Source of the DNA: an uncultured candidate division Zixibacteria bacterium
GTDB taxonomy: Bacteria > Zixibacteria > MSB-5A5 > GN15 > PGXB01
Length of the DNA: 64,000 nucleotides
Assembly (NCBI GenBank): GCA_963702205.1
Contig: OY969724.1
Location: 64,001 to 128,000 of the forward strand
Direction of reading: 5' to 3'
The notes beneath the pieces were generated by a model. It did no database searches and was not told the origin of the DNA. It saw only the letters and a program-made list of their open reading frames with translations. Made by a program: the position numbers and the translations under genes. Shown piece after piece: positions 31,076 through 38,586 of this stretch; the stretch's first letter is position 1; each line of letters opens with the position of its first letter.

Positions 31076-31143
31076 CATAACCCGCCCTTCAACTATGACC
31101 GGGCGAAAAAACGCCGCCCGGCCTGTTAAGGGCACCGTTAAGT
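31075..31143 (+). other. attC site (short type)
   Basis: GCATAAC..GCCCTTCAAC..GACCGGGCG/CGCCCGGCCTGTTAAGGGC..GTTAAGT. Confidence 0.9.
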
Positions 31144-31170
31144 TACCAAAGGTATCAGGAGAAAAATAAA

Positions 31171-31527
31171 ATGAAATATTTAAAATTCTTTATATCAATC
31201 CTCATACTGCTTTTTATCGTATCATGTGGAACATTACAAAAAAAAGCTGCGCTTGTTAATTATGGTGCCACCAAAGAAGATGTTATGAAAATTATGGGAC
31301 CTCCTGACGACCGTCAATTTAAAGGCAAAAATGAAGCTTGGCAATATTGTCAAACAGGTGCAGGGTTTGGATTCCATGATTATCGTATATTTTGGTTTTA
31401 CGATGGTAAGGTTACAGGAGTTAATTCATATAAAAGTACTCGTCCAGGCTCATCATGTGTTACAGACATTAAGCCCATAAATTGGGAAGATGCACCTGAT
31501 GTAACTGTCGAGGTTCGCGGTAGGTAA
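31171..31527 (+). CDS. Cassette gene: SmpA/BamE-like lipoprotein
   Basis: Lipobox IVSC, GATKEDVMKIMGPP, EAWQY, FYDGKV. Confidence 0.75.
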   Translation: MKYLKFFISILILLFIVSCGTLQKKAALVNYGATKEDVMKIMGPPDDRQFKGKNEAWQYCQTGAGFGFHDYRIFWFYDGKVTGVNSYKSTRPGSSCVTDIKPINWEDAPDVTVEVRGR

Positions 31528-31659
31528 CTTAACAAGGGCATCTACTACGACCGTGCTATTTTTTCGCCTTTTTTAATCTATCTACCAGCTTTGAACCTTT
31601 AAGTATTTAACATGGTAAGTTGGTGTGAACCGCACGGCCTGTAATGCCGGTCGTTATGT
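31527..31659 (+). other. attC site
   Basis: ACTTAAC...GGCATCTACTACGACCGTGC...GCACGGCCTGTAATGCC...GTTATGT. Confidence 0.9.
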
Positions 31660-31678
31660 TTTGTAGAGGGGATAGTAA

Positions 31679-31909
31679 ATGGTAAATGAAGGAGACCTTA
31701 AAAGTCACCTAGATATGTGGATGACAGACAACTGTAATAGGTACTTCCATGTACTGGATGACTTAGGGCTAATAGATAAGAAAAAGGCTGCGAAATTATC
31801 AAAGGAACTTCTAGAGAAAAGAAATGAAATGTTAGACAAATACATTCCATTCTTTATAGACGCAACTTTTAAACTTCTGGGGAAAGAAGCAGCCGATGAA
31901 AACACATAA
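31679..31909 (+). CDS. Cassette gene: hypothetical protein
   Basis: GAGGGG RBS; stop overlaps ACATAAC. Confidence 0.75.
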   Translation: MVNEGDLKSHLDMWMTDNCNRYFHVLDDLGLIDKKKAAKLSKELLEKRNEMLDKYIPFFIDATFKLLGKEAADENT

Positions 31910-31970
31910 CACGCTAATCTACCGGACCTGGCTGAAACGCTTGCCAGGCCGGTAATCAGCACCGTTATAG
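31904..31970 (+). other. attC site (short type)
   Basis: ACATAAC..TACCGGACCTGGC/GCCAGGCCGGTA..GTTATAG. Confidence 0.9.
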
Positions 31971-32010
31971 AAATAATATTTTAAAATAGCAAAATTGGAA
32001 TGGTAAAATC

Positions 32011-32316
32011 ATGACTGAAAAAAGTGATATTACAAAAAGATATGAAAAAATGTTTGAGAGAATGAAAAACATGCCTCATCATAGTTCTATTTTAAAAACG
32101 TTGCTTGAAATTACATATGGCAAAGATAAATCATACGAAGAAATGGAAAAGGAATTTCATAGCAATCCAGAGATAGTTGAGAAAATACTTCAGAATATCG
32201 ACAAGCTAACTGAAGGAACAGAGAATGAAGAGATTTATCAGAAAGAATTGGATGCTAATCCTGAATATGTTGCTTTCATGGAAAAAATTATAAAACAAAT
32301 AAATGATAAAAAATAA
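32011..32316 (+). CDS. Cassette gene: acidic hypothetical protein
   Basis: Bounded by GTTATAGA and TCTATAAC. Confidence 0.75.
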   Translation: MTEKSDITKRYEKMFERMKNMPHHSSILKTLLEITYGKDKSYEEMEKEFHSNPEIVEKILQNIDKLTEGTENEEIYQKELDANPEYVAFMEKIIKQINDKK

Positions 32317-32319
32317 AAT

Positions 32320-32450
32320 CTATAACAATCGCATCTACTACGACCGGGCTATTTTTTACGCTTTTTTTACTCTTTGCTAACTATCAACCTTCGAGTCTTT
32401 AACAAGGTAAATAGGTATGCACCGCCCGGCCTGTAATGCACACGTTGGCG
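32320..32450 (+). other. attC site
   Basis: CTATAAC...GCATCTACTACGACCGGGC...GCCCGGCCTGTAATGC...GTTGGCG. Confidence 0.9.
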
Positions 32451-32746
32451 TGCTGGAAAAGCAGAATAAAAAGAAGGCCATGGTGACAGAGGGAAGGCAG
32501 TTGCAAATAACATGTAACTCAAAGGCGCGAGAATTGATCTGGAAATAAAAAGGTAACAAAAAACAAAGGAAATCCATTCCCCGGAAATTCCTTTGAAATT
32601 AAAATAAAAATACTTGTCCGCCTTTGGTGGAATATAGTAAAAAGAAGCATCCAGAAACACAGTATTCAAAAAGCACCAAGTCTTTAAAAGTCAGTAATAG
32701 AAAGTAAGCAGTCAAAAACAAATTAAACAGGTTGGCGGCAGCCAAC
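32444..32746 (+). ncRNA. ORF-less cassette C (candidate structured non-coding RNA or DNA element)
   Basis: Homologous to cassettes A and B; 5' part resembles B, middle resembles A. Confidence 0.5.
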
Positions 32747-32869
32747 AAACAAAGGATTAGTAACCGATGCTTGAGGAACGAAAGCTCGGTACTAATCCAG
32801 GGTTCAACAAACAAAGGATTAGTAACCGATGCTTGAGGAACGAAAGCTCGGTACTAATCCAGGGTTCAA
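32743..32869. repeat. Exact 62-bp tandem duplication of a bulged hairpin
   Basis: CAACAAACAAAGGATTAGTAACCGATGCTTGAGGAACGAAAGCTCGGTACTAATCCAGGGTT twice. Confidence 0.92.
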
Positions 32870-32948
32870 GAAGGCGCGGAGTAATCAAAGGGGACGTCCA
32901 TGAAAATATGACTTGACACAATATTTCTATTTTTAGTACTCATATTTT

Positions 32949-33255
32949 ATGCCTCGCCAATCAAGAATAGACGCTCCAGGCGCTCTTCATCATATAATGA
33001 TAAGAGGTATAGAGCGTAATGATATATTCAAAGATAATAAAGATAGAGACAATTTTATAGAACGTCTTGGCAGTATAGTAAAAGAGACATCTACCTCCTG
33101 TTTTGCGTGGGCACTACTTTCAAACCATGTTCATCTTCTGTTAAGAACTGGTACAGATTCGATATCAACTGTAATGAGAAGACTTCTAACCGGATACGCG
33201 GTTACATACAACCGCCGACATAAAAGACATGGGCAACTTTTTCAAAATAGATATT
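32949..33255 (+). pseudogene. Truncated HUH Y1 transposase (RAYT / IS200-like)
   Basis: MPRQSRIDAPGALHHIMIRG, NHVHLL; stops matching the family after FQNRY, where the next element starts. Confidence 0.85.
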
Positions 33256-34363
33256 GTAAAGCGGGACGCTCTTCATTATTACAGTTGACAGACTGATTGT
33301 ATAAGATTAAATTGTCCTCATGCCAAGAACAGCGAGATTTGACGCCCCAGGAGTATTACATCATGTAATGATCCGCGGGATAGAAGGACGAAACATCTTT
33401 CGTAACAATAAAGATCGTAAAGATTTTATTGAAAGACTTTCTAAGCTCTGCCCCGAGATGAATATAAAATGCTATGCATGGGTATTTATGTCAAACCACG
33501 CCCATTTTCTTATCCGAACAGGCGGATACCCATTATCTAGATTTATGAGGCGCCTTCTTACAGGGTATGTCATAGGGTTTAACCTCAGACATAAGAGACG
33601 GGGGCAGTTATTCCAGAACCGATACAAATCCATAGTATGCCAGGAAGATTTATATCTACTTGAACTGGTTAGGTATGTTCATCTGAACCCTGTTCGAGCT
33701 GGAATTGTTAATACCCTTGATGAATTAAAGTTGTACAAATATTGCGGTCATGGGGCGATAATGGATAGCTCGAAATATGATTGGCAGGATATTGAATATG
33801 TCCTGGGACATTTTTGAAAGAATAAAAGAAGAGCCAGAGAAGGATATGAATCCTTTGTTAAAAAGGGATTAAATCAGGGCCGAAATAGTGAGTTGACCGG
33901 TGGTGGTCTTATACGAAGTCTTGGAGGTTGGATAGAAGCAAAAGAAAAACTAAAAGCCGGTGCTCATATCATGAGCGACGAAAGGATACTGGGAGATTCT
34001 GATTTTGTTGATTTAATGATCTCACAATCTGAAGAAAGCTATGAAAGAAAACACAGACTGAAACGGCAGGGGTATGATCTGGAACGTATAGCGGAAGGTG
34101 TTGAAGAAGTATTAGGTATTGAACAGGATGAGGTGTATTCCAGGGGGAGGCAGGAGAGGAAAGTAAAGGCAAGAAGTCTATTATGCTATTGGGCATCAAG
34201 GGAGTTGGGCATATCCCATACCACACTGGCTAAAAGACTGGAGATGAGTATATCCAATATAGGGTTATCAGTAGAGCGTGGGGAGTTAATAGCCAGGGAA
34301 GGTAATTATGCTCTTGAAAAGCCAGTTTAAGATAATGAAATAATGAAGAGCGTCCCGATTTAC
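33256..34363 (+). mobile_element. Inverted-repeat-flanked HUH (RAYT-like) element
   Basis: Perfect 19-bp IR CGGGACGCTCTTCATTATT (33262-33280 / 34339-34357), 24 of 25 bp when extended. Confidence 0.8.
33320..34330 (+). pseudogene. HUH Y1 transposase with C-terminal HTH, in-frame TGA at 33815-33817
   Basis: NHAHFL HUH motif, FQNRYKS, RYVHLNPVRAG; ORF 33893-34330 is in the same frame after the stop. Confidence 0.88.
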
Positions 34364-34368
34364 GATTT

Positions 34369-34527
34369 ATGGATTTCATTGAGGCTAATCATTCTCCGAT
34401 GGAAATTTGGAGAGTGCTAAGAGGAAATAATCGACTTGATATTAATCTTCGAGATGAATTTATCTCTTTGGTACAACAATTGAGAGAAGAGGTTAAATTG
34501 TGGCTTAATCACGTTGAGCTGCTATAA
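34369..34527 (+). pseudogene. 3' remnant of a gene (possibly QatC-like) cut by the HUH element
   Basis: Open frame MDFIEANHSPMEIWRVLRGNNRLDINLRDEFISLVQQLREEVKLWLNHVELL* ending 9 bp before the TatD gene. Confidence 0.4.
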
Positions 34528-34536
34528 ATACACGTT

Positions 34537-35250
34537 ATGTATATCGACACTCACTGTCATATTGATATGTTCGACGATCCAATCTCTATGGCTAAAGCCT
34601 ACGAGAAATCCCAGACCATTTGCGTTATGGCCACAATGCTACCGAGCCATTACACGATGGCTTTGCCCCATGTTGTGGCGTTTAAAATTATTCGTCCAGC
34701 CTTGGGCCTTCATCCTCTTAGAGCCATAGAGGGTAATTCTGAGGTTTCTATCTTTCTTGACATTGTTAGATCAGTCGAGTTCATAGGCGAAATAGGACTC
34801 AATTTGTCCACTGAAGGAAAGAAAAATAAAACGTTGCAAATTGATATGTTGAGAAAGATTTTGCCGGCAATTGGCAAGGGAAAATTTGTCACTGTACATA
34901 GCAGAAATGCCCATAGTGAATTAGCAATGCTCATTGATGAATACGGTATAGGACCGGTTTGTTTTCATTATTTTACCGGTGGACAAGAAGCTGCAGCAGA
35001 ATTGGCAAAAATGGGGCATTATTTTTCTATTAATCACAGAATGCTTAAAAGCAGACATAGAACAATTCTTGAACATGTTTCAAAAGAACAAATTCTTATA
35101 GAATCAGATGGACCATTTTTAACCAAACGTCCTATATCTGTTGTTAAAAATATATATGAAGAATTAAGCAATATTTGGGGAATTGATCAAAATAAAATTC
35201 AAAACTTGATTACATTAAACTTTAAAAATTGTCGTACGATAGGATCATAG
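34537..35250 (+). CDS. TatD-family nuclease (QatD-like)
   Basis: IDTHCHID, ALGLHP, IGEIGL, VHSR, FHYF, ESDGPF. Confidence 0.88.
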   Translation: MYIDTHCHIDMFDDPISMAKAYEKSQTICVMATMLPSHYTMALPHVVAFKIIRPALGLHPLRAIEGNSEVSIFLDIVRSVEFIGEIGLNLSTEGKKNKTLQIDMLRKILPAIGKGKFVTVHSRNAHSELAMLIDEYGIGPVCFHYFTGGQEAAAELAKMGHYFSINHRMLKSRHRTILEHVSKEQILIESDGPFLTKRPISVVKNIYEELSNIWGIDQNKIQNLITLNFKNCRTIGS

Positions 35251-35298
35251 TTCAAGTAACTGTAATCTTAATCTGGCAATTCTAAAGTACAGATTTTC

Positions 35299-35360
35299 CC
35301 CCAACAACGGCATTAAGAGCGACGGCAAAAATCCGCCGCGCCTTATGCCGAGCGTTCTAC
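35299..35360 (+). other. attC site (short type)
   Basis: CCCCAAC..CGGCATTAAGAGCGACGGC/GCCGCGCCTTATGCCG..GTTCTAC. Confidence 0.9.
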
Positions 35361-35362
35361 CT

Positions 35363-36965
35363 CCCAAAACCCGCGATTGAAGAGATAAAAATGGAGTTAT
35401 AAATTGAAAAACCTCGTTGAATCAGGTAGATATGTGTAACGCCAAAGAAACACAAACTGAACCAACGAGGTGAAAAAGATGATACGACAAAGTCTTCTTC
35501 CATTCAAGCTAGAAATGACCAAAGATATGATAACTTCTCATGCAGGCCTGAGTCTGTTTGGAGAATTTGCGGTGGGCTTGGGCATATTAAAGACAGTAGA
35601 TAAATACTTACCAAAGCCTGGCAGTGGCGCTGGGTATAAAGCCTCAGAATATGTGTTCCCCATTCTATTGACATTAAATGGTGGAGGAAGAAACCTGGAG
35701 GACACTCGAGAGATAAGAGGGGATGAAGGGATGCGAGAGATATTACCATTAGACCGAGTTCCTTCATCAGATGCTATAGGAGATTGGTTACGTAGGACAG
35801 GACAGAATGGTGGTCTTGAAGGGCTTGGCAAAGTTAACAGGCAACTATTAAAGCGAGGCATGAAGTATGATGGTCTCAAGGGGTATACTCTTGATATAGA
35901 TGCAACAGGGATAGTAGCGGAGAAGGAATCGGCAAAAATGACCTATAAGGGATTTAAGGGTTATATGCCGATGGTTGGTCATATAGCAGAAAATGGATTG
36001 GTATTGGGAGATGATTTCAGGGAGGGTAATGAATCCCCTGGAGGGAGAAACCTTGAATTTATTAAATACTGTCGTCGTCAACTTCCGAAGGGTAAAGAAG
36101 TTAAAGCATTCAGGTCTGACAGCGCCGGGTATCAGGCTGATATAATAAATTACTGTGAAAAAGAAGGGATTGAATTTGCTATAGGCGGTGATTTAGACGC
36201 AGCAGTATTAAAGGTGATAAATAATATCCCGGAAGAGGATTGGCGCACCTATAAAGGAGGATATATAGCTGAAGCTATTCACACTATGAATAAGACTGAG
36301 AACAGTTTCCGTCTTATAGTGATCCGCAGGCCCTATCAGCAGAATATGTTTGAAGAAGAAGGTGAGAAGGTAAAGTATACTGTAATAGTAACTAATAAGT
36401 TTGAACAAGCGGAAAGGGTAGTGTGGTGGTACAATCAGCGTGGCGATTGTAGCGAAAACCGAATAAAGGATCTCAAGATAGGGTTTGGTATGGAAAGAAT
36501 GCCTTGTGGTCAGACGGAAGCCAATGCTGTATATTTCAGAATAGGCGCTCTGGCATATAATGCATACCGGCTTTTTATCCTTAAGGCACTTGGTAAAAGC
36601 TGGCACCATTATCAGGTTCAAACGGTCAGATGGAGATTGTACCAGATAGCCGGAAAGATAGTATTTCATGGTGGCCAGATTTATCTCAAAGTGAGTAGAA
36701 GCTTCTTTTCATTGTTTGACGATATTCGTCTAAGGATATGGGAGTTTGCAAACACCTAGAAGGTAGAACGGATATCCTTGGAGAATAATAACTTAAAGGG
36801 TGAGGTGTGTCTGAAGCAAAGGTAGATTGCCTTTGTCTCAGTTATGATGGTGAATCAGCACCAGCTCCCGGCAAAAAAAGATGTAGCGCAGACCCTCTCT
36901 ACCCTTTTTTTTGGCTTGAATTATATATTCTAGAGACTTGTTCTATTTCAATCTCGGATTTTGGG
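35363..36965 (+). mobile_element. IS1380-family insertion sequence
   Basis: TIRs CCCAAAACCCGCGATTGAA / TTCAATCTCGGATTTTGGG (17 of 19); 5-bp TACCT duplication at 35358-35362 and 36966-36970. Confidence 0.93.
35470..36759 (+). CDS. IS1380-family DDE transposase
   Basis: TSHAGL, LDIDAT, RSDSAGY, YNQRGDCSENRIKDLK, AN...ALAYN. Confidence 0.93.
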   Translation: MKKMIRQSLLPFKLEMTKDMITSHAGLSLFGEFAVGLGILKTVDKYLPKPGSGAGYKASEYVFPILLTLNGGGRNLEDTREIRGDEGMREILPLDRVPSSDAIGDWLRRTGQNGGLEGLGKVNRQLLKRGMKYDGLKGYTLDIDATGIVAEKESAKMTYKGFKGYMPMVGHIAENGLVLGDDFREGNESPGGRNLEFIKYCRRQLPKGKEVKAFRSDSAGYQADIINYCEKEGIEFAIGGDLDAAVLKVINNIPEEDWRTYKGGYIAEAIHTMNKTENSFRLIVIRRPYQQNMFEEEGEKVKYTVIVTNKFEQAERVVWWYNQRGDCSENRIKDLKIGFGMERMPCGQTEANAVYFRIGALAYNAYRLFILKALGKSWHHYQVQTVRWRLYQIAGKIVFHGGQIYLKVSRSFFSLFDDIRLRIWEFANT

Positions 36966-36978
36966 TACCTTTCAATAG

Positions 36979-37011
36979 TTGACAAATACATTTACTGTTG
37001 TACAATTGTCA
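36979..37011 (+). promoter_or_regulatory. Sigma70 promoter and operator of the TA cassette
   Basis: TTGACA (36979) N16 TACAAT (37001); overlapping inverted repeats TTGACAA/TTGTCAA and palindromic TTGTACAA. Confidence 0.65.
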
Positions 37012-37034
37012 AATATTACTTCTTGGAGGTATAT

Positions 37035-37427
37035 ATGGAGATAATAATTGATACATCAGCATTAATAGCCGTTATCGTTGGTGAACCGGAACGTGATATC
37101 ATAGTCGACATTACCGCTGGAAACAGCCTTATAGGGCCGGGCTCAATTCCCTGGGAAATTGGAAATGCCTTTTCTGCAATGTTTAAACAAAAAAGACTAA
37201 CAATACAGGAGGCTGAAAAAGGCATTGCAATATTTAAAAGTATACCTCTTCGTTATATTGAACCGGATTTTATCAATTCACTAAAAATATCAAAAAAGAC
37301 TGATATGTATGCTTACGACGCTTATTTCCTTGATTGTGCCTTGAGATATAATGCACCGCTATTGACATTGGATAAAAAGTTAGAAGCAATGGCTAATAAA
37401 TTAAATATACAAACATTGGAGGTTTAA
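37035..37427 (+). CDS. vapC: VapC/PIN-domain toxin
   Basis: IIIDTSALIA, WEIGNA, AYDAYFLDCA, LLTLDKKL; GGAGG RBS. Confidence 0.9.
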   Translation: MEIIIDTSALIAVIVGEPERDIIVDITAGNSLIGPGSIPWEIGNAFSAMFKQKRLTIQEAEKGIAIFKSIPLRYIEPDFINSLKISKKTDMYAYDAYFLDCALRYNAPLLTLDKKLEAMANKLNIQTLEV

Positions 37428-37428
37428 A

Positions 37429-37647
37429 ATGCAGATATATACATATTCAGAAGCCAGACAAAAACTTTCCTCTGTACTTGAGCAAGCTGAAAGTACAGGT
37501 AAAGTACTAATCCGAAGAAAGGACGGTAGAACATTTGCATTGATTCCGGAGAAAAGTGCTAAGTCTCCATTAGATGTCCCTTCAATTAAAGCCAAGGTCT
37601 CTACACAGGAAATTGTAGATATTATCCGGGAAGGCAGAGAAAGGTAG
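37429..37647 (+). CDS. Phd/YefM-family antitoxin
   Basis: YTYSEARQKLSSVLEQA...VLIRRKDG. Confidence 0.88.
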   Translation: MQIYTYSEARQKLSSVLEQAESTGKVLIRRKDGRTFALIPEKSAKSPLDVPSIKAKVSTQEIVDIIREGRER

Positions 37648-38570
37648 AACAAATGCATCAACTAAGTGCGACAAGAAGTCGCCTTTATATATTGTTGGAC
37701 GAAGATCCAACCTGCTGTATCACCAGCAGTTTTATACTTCGGCGTGCATTATCAGTAATGATTTTGTGCGAAGCCCGAAGGACAATGTAGCCCTTGGCAT
37801 TATGCCTGGAGAGGGAATCATGAGAAGACCTCAACTCTGGAAGCACAAATCCGGATGGTAGCTATAAATGATGGTATGTGCAGCATATGCAAACTGTTGA
37901 TAAACGTCGTTATGCGCTAACAGGCTAAATGTGCTGACAAGCCTGGGCCAAAATGGCAAGGGGTATGGTTGGGCTGCTTTAGTTTCATCCCACGTGATCT
38001 ATGATTCCCCCGGCGGACAGACAGGCGCTAACCCATTGTGTATTAAAGGCGGAACTTGGTAAGCCCGTATTTCTCCTTTATTTTAAGGAAAGTTAACCGA
38101 TAGAAAGGAAGACCTATGGGAATGCGGGTAGATGAGGCTGGAGAAAGCGAATGCCAACCTGTAATGGGCTGGATACGGGTTCAAGATTTGCCCGGCTCGA
38201 AAGAGAGCAGACTTCCGGCACGGTGTTGAATCACGGGAAACGTTCTGGAGTGAATAACTGTACTGGTGTGGATGATGTATCATTTATGGTATTGACGGCC
38301 GTACAGGCTATGAAAATAGTATTCCAAAAGGCGCGTATCGTGAAGTCAGTAGAGATATATATCTTTCTGGCGGGTGTGTAACAATGCCTTATCAATGCTT
38401 GAGCCGTATGAGGCGAAAGTCTCAAGTACGGTTCTTGGGGGGCTTGGGGGTGGTAACATCCCCCGGCTACCCGACGACCGGGCTTTTTTTCTTTGCTTTT
38501 TTTATCACCGGATGATTATCAACCTTTTAATGTTTTTATGGTAAGTTCGTATGCGCGGCTTGTAATGCAT
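37644..38570 (+). other. attC site interrupted by a group II intron; right end degenerate
   Basis: GTAGAAC..GCATCAACTAA | intron | GACCGGGC...CGGCTTGTAATGCAT; no GTT core follows. Confidence 0.8.
37666..38475 (+). mobile_element. ORF-less group II intron (810 nt)
   Basis: 5' GTGCG, domain V GAGCCGTATGAGGCGAAAGTCTCAAGTACGGTTC (38401-38434), domain VI ending CTACCCGAC; removal restores ACTAA/GACCGGGC as in sibling attC sites; no RT ORF. Confidence 0.93.
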
Positions 38571-38586
38571 ATCGGGAGAGAAATAT

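Noticed and set aside
27702..32814. Minus-strand ORFs over the non-coding cassettes (27702-27902, 32367-32669, 32377-32577, 32599-32814)
   Set aside because: They are Phe/Leu-rich by-products of T-rich sequence, are not conserved in frame among the three copies, and some run through attC sites.
32754..32860. Hairpin containing GATG..GAG..CGAAA as a hammerhead ribozyme
   Set aside because: It lacks the CUGANGA core and the three-stem junction; it folds as a single bulged stem.
24927..32869. Recurrent palindromic repeats, and the 62-bp tandem, as a CRISPR array
   Set aside because: The repeats are 60-130 bp attC sites separated by whole genes; the 62-bp units have no spacer; no cas genes are present.
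33815..33817. In-frame TGA in the Y1 transposase as selenocysteine
   Set aside because: The context suggests Gly (GGA to TGA) rather than a Cys position, and no SECIS-like hairpin is evident in the A-rich sequence downstream.
36807..37034. N-terminal extension of the PIN toxin in the ORF track
   Set aside because: It runs through the right end of the IS1380; the real start is the ATG at 37035 after a GGAGG RBS and the cassette's own promoter.
38083..38425. Short ORFs inside the group II intron as an intron-encoded protein
   Set aside because: Under 80 aa with no RT (YADD) or maturase motifs.
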